Assembly (NCBI GenBank): GCA_044376115.1
Contig: JBILLK010000039.1
Location: forward strand, 24,080 to 88,079
Source: Polyangiaceae bacterium
GTDB taxonomy: Bacteria > Myxococcota_A > Polyangia > Polyangiales > Polyangiaceae
DNA: 64,000 nucleotides
Direction: 5' to 3'
Shown piece after piece: positions 8,165 through 17,433 of this stretch (within the stretch, counting starts at the first letter, position 1; each line of letters starts with the position of its first letter). Both the position numbers and the translations under genes were made by a program. The notes below the pieces were generated by a model. The model worked only from the letters and a program-made list of their open reading frames with translations, was not told the origin of the DNA and made no database searches.

Positions 8165-9889
8165 ATGGATTGCACCACCTGTGGGCCTACCCCCGCGCGC
8201 AAGGACCGTCCGCATACCTTCATCGCGCACGAGTTCGTGGACTGCGTCGCGTGCGGAAAACGAGGCGAGGGGAGGGTGGTCGTGCGTGACGGAACGATCG
8301 TCAACCTCCTGCTCTGCGAGGCCTGCGGGCCCACAGAGCAGCTCGTCGATGCGGACGCCGAGCGCTACCTCGCAGCGTTCGTCGCGAAGGGCACCCCGCC
8401 GATCGACCACGAAGGAGATTGGCTCTTCAAGCGAACGACCTCGACCTGCCCGACCTGCCTCGCGCTGCTGCCGGCCGACGTGATCGTGCGCGCGGGGAAG
8501 GTCTACTTTCGGAAGAGCTGCAACCAATGCGGGCCTTCAGAGGCGCTCGTGTCCGAGGACGCTGCCTACTACGCGCGAGCCTACTCGTTTGCGCGGGCCG
8601 GCACCGAGCCGCTCCAGTTCACCGGAGAAGCCAAGAAGGGCTGCCCGACCGATTGCGGGACCTGCAGTGACCACGAGCAGCACACCTGCTTGCCCATCGT
8701 TGAGATCACGGACCACTGCAACCTCGAGTGCCCCATCTGCATCGTCGACAACCAGTACTCGACGCACATGCCGCTGGAGACGTTCACGAAGGTGGTCGAT
8801 ACCCTCATCGCAGCCGAGGGCCGATGTGAATCCGTCGCGATCAGCGGCGGGGAACCGACCAGCCACCCGCGCATCCTCGACCTCCTCCGTGCGGCAGACC
8901 GGCCGGAGATCGGGCGCGTCGTGCTGATCACGAACGGCCTGCGACTCGGGCGAGACGAGGCGTTTGCACAGGAGCTGAAGGCGTCGGGCGCTTACGTTGC
9001 GCTGCAACTGGACGGCTTCGACGCCGAGACTCACCAGGTGTTGCGCGGGCGCGATCTCACGGCGGAGAAGGAAGCCGCGCTCGCCACGTTGCGCCGCCTG
9101 AAGATCCCGACCCAGCTGATCTTCGTCGCGGCCCGCGGGGTCAATGATCATCAGATCGGCCGCGCCGTCGATCTGCTCATGGAGGAGGAGCACATCCTGT
9201 CGCTCAACTTCCAACCCGTGGCGTTCACCGGCCAAGGTGGGGGGCGGTTCGCTCACGACCCGATGGATCGCTTGACGATCCCTGGCGTGATCGAAGCCGT
9301 GGAACAACAGACGAAGGGCCGCGTGCGCAAGAGCGACTTCTCGCCGTTGCCTTGCTCCCACCCGCAGTGTGTGTCGCTCACCTATCTGCTTCGCTTGAAC
9401 GACGGGAGCTTCATGCCGTTCGGTCGCTTCGTGGACTTCGCAAAGCACGGAGGGCTGCTCCGCTCGTCGGCCACGCTCCCCGCGACAGCCGAGATGCATG
9501 ACACGCTCCACGAGATCATCCACGACGTCTACGCGCGCGAGGACGAGGTGGAGCGGGGCGCAGACGTGCTCGCGGCGCTGCGGCGGTCGCTGGACACGAT
9601 GTTCCCCGACCGCCCAGTCGAAGCGAGAGAAGAGTTTAGGATCGGCGAGTCACAAGCCAAGTCGATCTTCCTTCATCACTACATGGATCCGCACGACTTC
9701 GATCTCGAGCGGCTGCGCAAGTGTTGTCACCACTACGCCCAGCCGGACGGCCGGATCATGCCGGCGTGTGGCTTCAACCTCTTCCACCGCGGTGCCGCCA
9801 AGGGCTCCGAGACGCCCGTGCCGAGCTGGGCTCACAACGCGCCCCGCGGCTCGGGAACGGCCGGCTCGCGGCTGAAGGTCCTTCGCTGA
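8165..9889 (+). CDS. Radical SAM enzyme 1, Tes/GDGT-MAS (COG1964)-like, with duplicated N-terminal metal-binding domain
   Basis: TTSTCPTC...KSCNQCG; GCPTDCGTCSDH; CNLECPIC; SGGEPT; TNG; PCSHPQC; YMDPHDFDLERLRKCCHHYAQPDGRIMPACGFN. Confidence 0.88.
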   Translation: MDCTTCGPTPARKDRPHTFIAHEFVDCVACGKRGEGRVVVRDGTIVNLLLCEACGPTEQLVDADAERYLAAFVAKGTPPIDHEGDWLFKRTTSTCPTCLALLPADVIVRAGKVYFRKSCNQCGPSEALVSEDAAYYARAYSFARAGTEPLQFTGEAKKGCPTDCGTCSDHEQHTCLPIVEITDHCNLECPICIVDNQYSTHMPLETFTKVVDTLIAAEGRCESVAISGGEPTSHPRILDLLRAADRPEIGRVVLITNGLRLGRDEAFAQELKASGAYVALQLDGFDAETHQVLRGRDLTAEKEAALATLRRLKIPTQLIFVAARGVNDHQIGRAVDLLMEEEHILSLNFQPVAFTGQGGGRFAHDPMDRLTIPGVIEAVEQQTKGRVRKSDFSPLPCSHPQCVSLTYLLRLNDGSFMPFGRFVDFAKHGGLLRSSATLPATAEMHDTLHEIIHDVYAREDEVERGADVLAALRRSLDTMFPDRPVEAREEFRIGESQAKSIFLHHYMDPHDFDLERLRKCCHHYAQPDGRIMPACGFNLFHRGAAKGSETPVPSWAHNAPRGSGTAGSRLKVLR

Positions 9890-10629
9890 TGGGCATGCTC
9901 GAGGGCAAGGTCGCTCTCGTCACCGGTGGCTCGCGTGGGCTCGGGCGGGCGATCTGCTTAACGCTCGCACGTGAAGGCGCCGCGGTCGCCTTCAACTACG
10001 CAAAGAGCGAGAGCGACGCTCAGGCGGTCAAAGCTGCGATCGAGAGCCAGGGTGTACGCAGCTGGGCCTTCAAGACCTCGGTGCTCGATCGCGTCGGCAT
10101 GCAGAAGCTCGCCCGCACCCTCGAGGCCGAGGCCGGGCACCTCGACATCCTGGTCAACAACGCTGGGGTCGGCCAGGTCGTGCCGCTCGCGTTGATGGAG
10201 GAAGATGACTGGGACCGGGTGATGGATATCAATGTAAAGGGCGCGTTCCTCACCACCCAAGCAGTGATGCGCGGGATGATCCGCAGGCGCCAGGGGCGGA
10301 TCTTGAACGTGAGCTCGCTCGCGGGGGTCAAGATGATGGAGGCGCCTGTGCACTACAGCGCAGCGAAGGCCGCGCTCAAAGGGTTCACCGAGGCCCTCGC
10401 GAAGGAGATCGGTCGCTACGGCATCACCGTGAATTGCATCGCGCCCGGCGTACTCGAAGACGGGCTCTCCCAGAATCTACCCGAGGCGCGAATGACCGAG
10501 TTCCTCAAGCACTGCGCGCTCGGCCGCAAGGGCACCTTCGCCGAGTGCGCGGAGGTCGTTGCCTTTTTGGTCTCCGACCGGAACAGCTTCATGAACGGTG
10601 CGACGGTCGTGCTGGACGGCGGCGTATGA
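9889..10629 (+). CDS. SDR family oxidoreductase (FabG-like, PVHY subgroup)
   Basis: TGGSRGLG, NNAG, APVHYSAAK. TGATG coupling to radical SAM 1. Confidence 0.9.
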   Translation: MGMLEGKVALVTGGSRGLGRAICLTLAREGAAVAFNYAKSESDAQAVKAAIESQGVRSWAFKTSVLDRVGMQKLARTLEAEAGHLDILVNNAGVGQVVPLALMEEDDWDRVMDINVKGAFLTTQAVMRGMIRRRQGRILNVSSLAGVKMMEAPVHYSAAKAALKGFTEALAKEIGRYGITVNCIAPGVLEDGLSQNLPEARMTEFLKHCALGRKGTFAECAEVVAFLVSDRNSFMNGATVVLDGGV

Positions 10630-11393
10630 CCGCGGCAGCCGCGGGGGCTCGCTTCGAAGGTAAGGTCGTGCTCGTGACGGGGGCGACGCGAGGCATCGGC
10701 CGAGCCACGGCGCTGGCGTTCGCGGCGGAGGGCGCCACCGTTATGGTGAACGAGCGAAAGACTGACTCGGGCGCACAGGCTGTCGTCGAGGAGATCCGCG
10801 CAGCGGGAGGAACGGCGGAGGGCCACACCGCCGACATCCGCGACTCTTCGGCCGTCAACGCGATGATCCAAGCCATCGTGAGCTCCCACGGCCGAATCGA
10901 TGTGCTCGTCAACAACGCCGGTATCACGGCGGATGCGCTCACTCCGATGATGACCGACGACGAGTGGGACTCGGTCTTGAGCGTCAACCTGGGGGGCGCG
11001 TTTCGGGTCGCCCGTGCGGTCGCCAAGCCGATGATGCTGGCCAAGCGTGGTCGCATCATCAACGTATCGTCGGTCGCCGGGGCGAAGGGTGGTCGCGGCC
11101 AAGCCAACTACGCGGCAAGCAAGGCCGCGCTCGAGGGCTTCACGCGAGCGCTCGCGGTGGAGCTCGCACCCAAGGGCGTGCTCGTGAACGCGGTGGCTCC
11201 GGGCGTGATCCTTACAGAGATGAGCCGGCGCGTCCGTGAAGCGGCCCCCGAGGAGGTGCTGTCGAAGATCCTCCTCAGGCGTTGCGGGGAGGCCCGCGAG
11301 GTTGCCCGCGTCATCACCTTCTTGGCGAGTGAGGACGCATCCTACGTCACGGGCGCCGTGATCCCGGTCGATGGCGGCTTCAAGATGGGCTGA
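10626..11393 (+). CDS. fabG: 3-oxoacyl-ACP reductase, canonical FabG-like
   Basis: TGATRGIG, NNAGITAD, NVSSV, GQANYAASK, VTG.VIPVDGG. ATGA overlap. Confidence 0.88.
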   Translation: MTAAAAGARFEGKVVLVTGATRGIGRATALAFAAEGATVMVNERKTDSGAQAVVEEIRAAGGTAEGHTADIRDSSAVNAMIQAIVSSHGRIDVLVNNAGITADALTPMMTDDEWDSVLSVNLGGAFRVARAVAKPMMLAKRGRIINVSSVAGAKGGRGQANYAASKAALEGFTRALAVELAPKGVLVNAVAPGVILTEMSRRVREAAPEEVLSKILLRRCGEAREVARVITFLASEDASYVTGAVIPVDGGFKMG

Positions 11394-11413
11394 CCGTCGA
11401 ACGAAGGGTGGCC

Positions 11414-12193
11414 TCACCCAACGATCGAGTAGCCACCGTCGACGTTGATGGTCTGCCCGTGAATCATCGCTGCACGGCTCGACAACAAGAACGCCACCAC
11501 GCTGGCGACATCCTCCGGAGTGGTCAGCCGCGCTAGCGGCGTCCGCCCTTCCGCTGCAGAGACGAGCTCCGCTTTGTTCGGAAAATGCGCGAGTGCGCGC
11601 GTCATCACCAGGCCGGGGCTCACCACGTTCAGGCGGATCCCTCGGGGGCCAAGCTCGAGCGCGAGCTGCCGAACCATCGCCTCGAGCGCCGCCTTGCTCG
11701 CCGCGGCCGCCGTGTATTGCGGTATCGCGCGAACTGCACCGAGCGAGCTGAGCGCGACGACGGCCCCGCCCGAGCTCAGCAGCGAGCCGCGCTCTCCTCG
11801 CGGAACTGCGAGTGTCTGCATGAGGTCGAAGAAGGAGTACGCATTGACGTCCATCGTCCACTTCGTATGGCGAGGCGTCAGGCTCAGCGCGTCGCGAAAG
11901 ACACCCGATGCGGCGCAATGCACCAGGAGGTCGACCTGCCCGAGCTTCTCTTGGACCTCCGCGAGGAACGCCTGCGTGCTCGGACCGTCCCCGAAATTCA
12001 CCCGAAACACCGCCGGCGCTCGAGCCTGGAGGCTACGGACGAGCTCCGCCGTCTCCTTTGCTCCCTCGTGGTCGGAGAAGTACGCAAAGTCGACGATCGC
12101 GCCCGCGGCCGCGAGTTCTCGAACCACGGCGCGCCCAATGTCCCCGCTGCCACCCGTTACGAACGCGCGCTTCCCTGAAAGTCCGGGTTCCAT
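11414..12193 (-). CDS. fabL: Enoyl-ACP reductase, FabL-like
   Basis: AASGVFR, WTMDVNA, SSLGAVR, Y-x6-K (YTAAAASK), ALAHFPN, MIHGQTINVDGG; these match the Bacillus FabL pattern as I recall it. Confidence 0.82.
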   Translation of the reverse strand: MEPGLSGKRAFVTGGSGDIGRAVVRELAAAGAIVDFAYFSDHEGAKETAELVRSLQARAPAVFRVNFGDGPSTQAFLAEVQEKLGQVDLLVHCAASGVFRDALSLTPRHTKWTMDVNAYSFFDLMQTLAVPRGERGSLLSSGGAVVALSSLGAVRAIPQYTAAAASKAALEAMVRQLALELGPRGIRLNVVSPGLVMTRALAHFPNKAELVSAAEGRTPLARLTTPEDVASVVAFLLSSRAAMIHGQTINVDGGYSIVG

Positions 12194-12273
12194 CGTCGAG
12201 GCATCCTACGCAACTCGAACCGGGCCGTCAGGGCGTGGTTGTTGTCGCGCGGGCGATGGGATACCGGAGAACG

Positions 12274-13779
12274 ATGTCGACGAGCGCAGCGCTGAGCTCT
12301 GGGGAGCGCCTGCTTCACCACACCACCAGCCTGTGCAAGGTGTGCAAAGACGGTGTGCCTGCTTCGGTGGTGGCGACGCCGGCGGGCGAGGTCTGGATGC
12401 GAAAGTCTTGCAGCCTTCACGGCGAGCAGACGGTCCAGCTCTCGAATAGCGCCGCTTGGTACGAGAGCACTCGCGCTACCGCGCAGTCGGCCGTGCCGCC
12501 GAAGGTGGCCGTCAAGCCGGTCGAGTTGGGGTGCCCGTTCGACTGCGGGCCATGCACCACGCACACCCAGAAGATCCGCCTTCCGGTCGTCACCATCACC
12601 AGCGCCTGCAACCTCGATTGCCCGATTTGCTACGTCCACAACAAGAACGACGACGCGTATCACATGGCTCGCCCCGAGTTCGAGGCCGTGCTCGCTCGCC
12701 TTCAGTCTGACCACGGGGCAGAACTCGACATCGTGAACCTCACCGGCGGTGAACCCACGCTCCACCCCGAGTTCTTGGAGTTTATCGGGCTCGCGCGGCA
12801 GTCGGGCGCCCACCGCGTCACCGTCTGCACGAACGGCCTGCGGCTCGCCAAAGACGAGGCTCTGGTGCAGCGCCTCGCCGAGCTCGGCGGCCGCGTCGCG
12901 CTTTCGTTCGACACCTTCGAGAAGGAGGCCGACGAGCTCATGCAGGGTGCTCGCCTGCTCGACCTCAAGCTGCGCTGCCTCGATCTGCTGGAGAAGTACG
13001 ACGTCGATACCACGCTGATCCCAGTGATGACGAAGGGAGTGAACGACCACGAGATCGGTGCGATCTTGGAGCTCGCGTTCCGTCGGCCAAACATCCGTCA
13101 CATCGAAGTTCATACGATGACGTTCACCGGTCAGAGCGGCGTTGCCTTCCCACGGACCGGGAGGATCTCGATGTTCGAGGTGTTGACCGCGATCGAAGAG
13201 ACGACCGCGGGGGTGCTTCGGACGAGTGACTTCGTGTCCTCGCCGTGCGCCCATCCTCTCTGCTACCAGATCGCTTATTTGCTGATGGATCCAGCGGGGG
13301 GGCCACCGGTTCCGTTCACTCGCTTCATGAGCCGTGAAGACCTGCGCGCGGCTCTCTCGGATCGGCTTTACCTCGAGCCCACGGCCAAGCTCGAGAACAT
13401 CCTGCGCGAGGCGATCGATCGGTTGTGGGCTTTTGGGGACGACGGGGACGAGCGGACCCTCGGCCTGCTCAAGTCGCTGCTGCTGACGATGTTCCCCCAT
13501 GATCGCGCGCTCACTCGTGATGAGGCGCTGCGCGCTGGGGAGCGAGCGATCAAGGCCGTCTACGTCCACTCGCACATGGATGAGGAGACGTTCGATACCG
13601 AGCGAGCCGCAGATTGTTGTGACAGCAACTGCTACGCGGACGGGCGTTCGATCCCGGTGTGCAACTACAACGTGCTCTACCGCGACAAGGAGCCGCAGTT
13701 CAACGTTACGCCCCGCCGCTGGGATACGCGGGCTGGAGGCAACAAGGCCGCTCGTTCGCTTCCACTTTTCAAGGACTGA
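12274..13779 (+). CDS. Radical SAM enzyme 2, Tes/GDGT-MAS (COG1964)-like
   Basis: TTSLCKVC...MRKSCSLHG; GCPFDCGPCTTH; CNLDCPIC; TGGEPT; PCAHPLC; HMDEETFDTERAADCC...IPVCNYN. GGAGA RBS at 12266-12270. Confidence 0.88.
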   Translation: MSTSAALSSGERLLHHTTSLCKVCKDGVPASVVATPAGEVWMRKSCSLHGEQTVQLSNSAAWYESTRATAQSAVPPKVAVKPVELGCPFDCGPCTTHTQKIRLPVVTITSACNLDCPICYVHNKNDDAYHMARPEFEAVLARLQSDHGAELDIVNLTGGEPTLHPEFLEFIGLARQSGAHRVTVCTNGLRLAKDEALVQRLAELGGRVALSFDTFEKEADELMQGARLLDLKLRCLDLLEKYDVDTTLIPVMTKGVNDHEIGAILELAFRRPNIRHIEVHTMTFTGQSGVAFPRTGRISMFEVLTAIEETTAGVLRTSDFVSSPCAHPLCYQIAYLLMDPAGGPPVPFTRFMSREDLRAALSDRLYLEPTAKLENILREAIDRLWAFGDDGDERTLGLLKSLLLTMFPHDRALTRDEALRAGERAIKAVYVHSHMDEETFDTERAADCCDSNCYADGRSIPVCNYNVLYRDKEPQFNVTPRRWDTRAGGNKAARSLPLFKD

Positions 13780-13780
13780 T

Positions 13781-14554
13781 ATGGCTGCTCGCAGACTGGA
13801 GGGTAAGCGTTGCCTCGTTACCGGCGGTTCACGAGGCCTCGGCCTCGCGATCGGGTTGGCCTTCGCGCGCGCCGGGGGAAGGGTCGCCTTTACCTATTCG
13901 CGCAACACGGAGGACGCGGCGGATGCTCGAGCCCAACTCCGTGCGGCTGCCGCGAGCGCCGGGACGCCGGAAGCGCTGGGGGAGCCGCTGGACTTTCGAG
14001 GGGCCGTCTCGGATGCCGCTCACGTAAGCGAGACCGTCGGCGCGCTCACCAAGGCTTGGGGTGGCGTCGACGTGCTCGTCAACTGCGCAGGCCCGACGCA
14101 GATCCTTCCGATCGCGCTCTTGGAAGAGGCCGATTGGGATTCGGTGATGAACGGCAACGTCAAAGGCGCGTATCTCTTCTCCCGGGCCGTCCTCAAGTCG
14201 ATGATCCGGGCACGCGCTGGGCACATCCTCAACATCGGCACCTTCGCCTCGGAGCGCGTCGTCGAAGCGCCCGTGCACTATGCCGCGGCGAAGGCGGCGC
14301 TGCGCGGAATGACGGAGGCGCTGGCGAAGGAGGTTGGGCGCTACAACATCAAGGTGAACCTGGTGGCGCCGGGGCTCCTCGACGCGGGCTTGTCGCGAAC
14401 GTTGCCTCGCCATCGCCTCGACGAGTACGTCTCGCAGTGTCCAATCGGGCGGCTCGGGTCCGTGACCGAGCTAGCGGACGCCGTGACCTTCTTGGTCTCT
14501 GACGAGAACACCTTCATGACCGGGGCCAAGCTCGGCTTCGACGGAGGGGTGTGA
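13781..14554 (+). CDS. SDR family oxidoreductase (PVHY subgroup)
   Basis: TGGSRGLG, NCAG, APVHYAAAK; paralogue of 9889-10629. Confidence 0.88.
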   Translation: MAARRLEGKRCLVTGGSRGLGLAIGLAFARAGGRVAFTYSRNTEDAADARAQLRAAAASAGTPEALGEPLDFRGAVSDAAHVSETVGALTKAWGGVDVLVNCAGPTQILPIALLEEADWDSVMNGNVKGAYLFSRAVLKSMIRARAGHILNIGTFASERVVEAPVHYAAAKAALRGMTEALAKEVGRYNIKVNLVAPGLLDAGLSRTLPRHRLDEYVSQCPIGRLGSVTELADAVTFLVSDENTFMTGAKLGFDGGV

Positions 14555-15879
14555 TGAGCACAGAGTCGCTCAAACATACGCTGCGCCATGGGTTCGACGA
14601 TTTTCGCCAGTTCGTAAACCCGCTCATCGCTCTGCGCACCGAGCTCTCCGGTGAGCCTGTTCGCGTACTCGGCACCGCCGAAGGTCGGCTCGTCACGGCC
14701 GATGGCCAACGCGTTGAGGACTTCCACGGTACGCAAGCCTTCGGTCATCGCAACGAGTCGATCAGCCGCGCAGTGATCGACTTCCTGCAGTCCGATTCGC
14801 CCTCGTGGTTTCCCTCGCGGGTCAACCCGTTCGCTGGGACCCTCGCGCGCCGGCTCTGTGAGCGCGCCAATGTCGGCGGGACGGCGGTCTATTCCAACGC
14901 TTACTTCGCGAGCTCCGGGAGTGAGGCGGTCGAGGCCGGCATCAAGCTCGCGCGGGCAGTCACGGGCCGTCCCCGCGTGCTGTCGATGGAGCGCGCCTAT
15001 CACGGCTGCACGATGGGCAGCTGCGGCTTGATGGCGAAAGGGGTGTTCCGCGATCCGTTCGGTCCTCACCTCCCAGGCTTCGAGGCGTTGCCCTTCGGAG
15101 AGGTCGGGGCGCTAGCGCAGGCGCTCGCACGTGAGGACGTCGCCGCGGTGGTCGTCGAGCCGATCCAGTTGGAGGGCGGCGTTCATGTCCTCTCCACCGA
15201 GTACGTGGCTGCGCTTTCGGCGCTCACGCAGCAGCACGGCACGCTGCTCATCGCCGACGAGGTGCAAACAGGGCTCGGTCGGACAGGGCGTTTCCTCGCG
15301 AGCGAGGGTTGGCCTCGCCGCCCTGACGTCGTGCTCCTCGGAAAGCACCTGGGAGGAGGCTTGCTCCCCGTCTCAGCGATGTTGACGACGCAAGCGCTGT
15401 TCGAGCGTGCTTACGGGAAGAACTTCGAGACCTCCGAGGCTCACAACTGCACCTTCAGCGGGAACGGCGCCGGCTGCGTGGCTGCGCTCGCCGCGCTCGA
15501 TCTCCTGACCGACGCGCTGGTCGAGCGGATCGCGGCGGTCGGAGCGCGGTTTCGCCGCGGTCTCGACGAGGCGCTCAGCGGGCTCCCTCTGTTCAAAGAG
15601 GTGCGAGGCGAGGGGCTCGTGGCCGGCATCGTGCTTGCGGAGTCGGATCACCCGTGGCTCTCCTTCGAGCACTTCGGCATGGGGGACCTCTCGGGTCACC
15701 CGACGACGGGGCTACTGCTCTGTCACCGTCTCTACAAGCGCGGTTTTTTCTGCTTCGTGTGCGGCAACGACTGGAGCGTGCTGCGGCTCCAACCGCGCTT
15801 CACGATCGAAGAAGAGACGCTCGAGGATTTCACACGCATCGTCCGCGAAGAGCTGGAGTTCCTATGCAACCTCAGCTGA
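14554..15879 (+). CDS. Class III PLP-dependent aminotransferase
   Basis: SGSEAVE, AYHG.T, EPIQLEGG, ADEVQTGLGRTG, LGKHLGGG (PLP Lys), VRGEGL. Confidence 0.92.
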   Translation: MSTESLKHTLRHGFDDFRQFVNPLIALRTELSGEPVRVLGTAEGRLVTADGQRVEDFHGTQAFGHRNESISRAVIDFLQSDSPSWFPSRVNPFAGTLARRLCERANVGGTAVYSNAYFASSGSEAVEAGIKLARAVTGRPRVLSMERAYHGCTMGSCGLMAKGVFRDPFGPHLPGFEALPFGEVGALAQALAREDVAAVVVEPIQLEGGVHVLSTEYVAALSALTQQHGTLLIADEVQTGLGRTGRFLASEGWPRRPDVVLLGKHLGGGLLPVSAMLTTQALFERAYGKNFETSEAHNCTFSGNGAGCVAALAALDLLTDALVERIAAVGARFRRGLDEALSGLPLFKEVRGEGLVAGIVLAESDHPWLSFEHFGMGDLSGHPTTGLLLCHRLYKRGFFCFVCGNDWSVLRLQPRFTIEEETLEDFTRIVREELEFLCNLS

Positions 15880-16580
15880 AGCTCGGCACTGCGCTCGTGT
15901 TCGGGGGGACGGGGACGGTGGGCAGCGCCGTGGTTCGGAACCTCAGCTCTCGCGGCATACCGGTGGTGTTCACGTATTGCGCTTCCGAGGAGAAGGCGCG
16001 CGCGCTCGAGGCGGAGACCTTGCAGCGGGCCCTCCATCTCGACCTGCGCAACCCCGACGCGATCGAGCCGTTCCTTCGCGACCTTACCGAGGACATCGGG
16101 ATCTTCATCCACTGTGCGGCGACGAGTCGAGCCGCGACGCTGGAGGACATCAGCAACGACGAATGGCAAGCGGTGCAAACGGTCAACGCGACGTCGGCGT
16201 TCGTGGCCACGCGGGGTCTCGCGCCCAGGATGGTTGCGCGCGGAGGCGGGAGGATCGTCTTCGTGGGAGCGCTGGCGCCGAATCAAGCGGCCGCCGTGCC
16301 CGTTCACTTCGCGGCGACGCAAGGCATGCTCAGCTCGATGACGATGGCCCTGGCGAAAGAGCTCGGGGGCAAGAACGTGCTCGTCAACATGCTCGCCTTG
16401 GGGCTTCTCGAGAGCGGGCTCTCGCGTGAAATCTCGCCGCAGCTCGTCGCCGACTACAAGACCTTCAGCGCCCTCCGCAGGCTGGGTAACGCACAGGAGG
16501 CGGCCCGCGTGATCGCGTGGCTGGCGCTGGAAAATAGCTACATCAATGGGGAAGTCGTAACCGTCAACGGTGGTGTGTGA
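15864..16580 (+). CDS. SDR-fold protein lacking catalytic Tyr/Lys (probable pseudo-enzyme)
   Basis: FGGTGTVG Rossmann motif; VPVHFAATQ in place of APVHYxAAK; ends YINGEVVTVNGGV. Confidence 0.8.
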   Translation: MQPQLKLGTALVFGGTGTVGSAVVRNLSSRGIPVVFTYCASEEKARALEAETLQRALHLDLRNPDAIEPFLRDLTEDIGIFIHCAATSRAATLEDISNDEWQAVQTVNATSAFVATRGLAPRMVARGGGRIVFVGALAPNQAAAVPVHFAATQGMLSSMTMALAKELGGKNVLVNMLALGLLESGLSREISPQLVADYKTFSALRRLGNAQEAARVIAWLALENSYINGEVVTVNGGV

Positions 16581-17431
16581 AGCGGACCTCCGCCTCTCTG
16601 GCGCTGGACTACGCGATTCTCCCTCTCTTTGTTGGGGCGGCGCTGCTCGCAACCTGGAGCGTCCTCGCGGCTGGCGTACCTGACCAGCTCGCCATTGGGG
16701 TGGTCATCGGTGGCGTGGCCGTCGGTGCCGGAATCCTCGAGCGCATACGGCCCGAACGCGCTGACTACGTCGCGCTTGACCAGCCGCTCTATGTCGAGGT
16801 CTTGCACTTCCTTTTCAACTATCAGCTCGGTTACGCGCTGGGCTTTGGCGCATGTCTGGCTCTGCCAACGGTTTCGGCGCTCGCGCTCTGGCCGCACACC
16901 TGGCCGCTCGTAGGGCAGGTCTTGCTCGCGGGGATGCTGGGCGAGGCGCTCTCGTATTGGCAACATCGACTGTTCCACACCGTACCGTGGCTCTGGCGGT
17001 TCCACCGGCTTCACCACAGCGGCGGGCGCTTGAACCTCGTGCGGACAGGGAGGTTCCACTTCGTCGACCTCGGCGTTGGCGCCTTTCTGACGTTCTTGCC
17101 TCTCGTCGTCTTGGGGGCGCCGCCATCGGTCGTCGCCTGGGTCGGTAGCCTCACAGGGACGTTGGGCGTGCTGTCGCACGCCAACATTCGGATGCGGGCC
17201 CCCGTGCTCTTGAGTCGGATCATTTGTACGCCCGCCATGCATCGGCATCACCATTCGCTGGACGCAGGTGAGGGCGCCACCAACTATGGGACGCTCGTGA
17301 CGTTCTGGGATGTACTGTTTGGCTCGTACGCGACGCCACGGGCCGACGGCCCCGCAGCGGTCGGCGTGCAGGAGGACCCGACGCCTTCCGGCTTTTGGGC
17401 GCAAACCCTCTCGCCGTTCAGGCGGCGCTGA
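16577..17431 (+). CDS. Sterol desaturase / fatty acid hydroxylase family membrane di-iron enzyme
   Basis: His boxes YWQHRLFH, FHRLHHS, HRHHH; NYG....WD.LFGSY. GTGA overlap. Confidence 0.88.
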   Translation: MKRTSASLALDYAILPLFVGAALLATWSVLAAGVPDQLAIGVVIGGVAVGAGILERIRPERADYVALDQPLYVEVLHFLFNYQLGYALGFGACLALPTVSALALWPHTWPLVGQVLLAGMLGEALSYWQHRLFHTVPWLWRFHRLHHSGGRLNLVRTGRFHFVDLGVGAFLTFLPLVVLGAPPSVVAWVGSLTGTLGVLSHANIRMRAPVLLSRIICTPAMHRHHHSLDAGEGATNYGTLVTFWDVLFGSYATPRADGPAAVGVQEDPTPSGFWAQTLSPFRRR

Positions 17432-17433
17432 TC

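Noticed and set aside
10416..13575. Long antisense ORFs (10416-11918, 12157-13575; similarly 44642-46024 and 51759-53330)
   Set aside because: Shadow frames of motif-bearing genes, as expected in GC-rich DNA.
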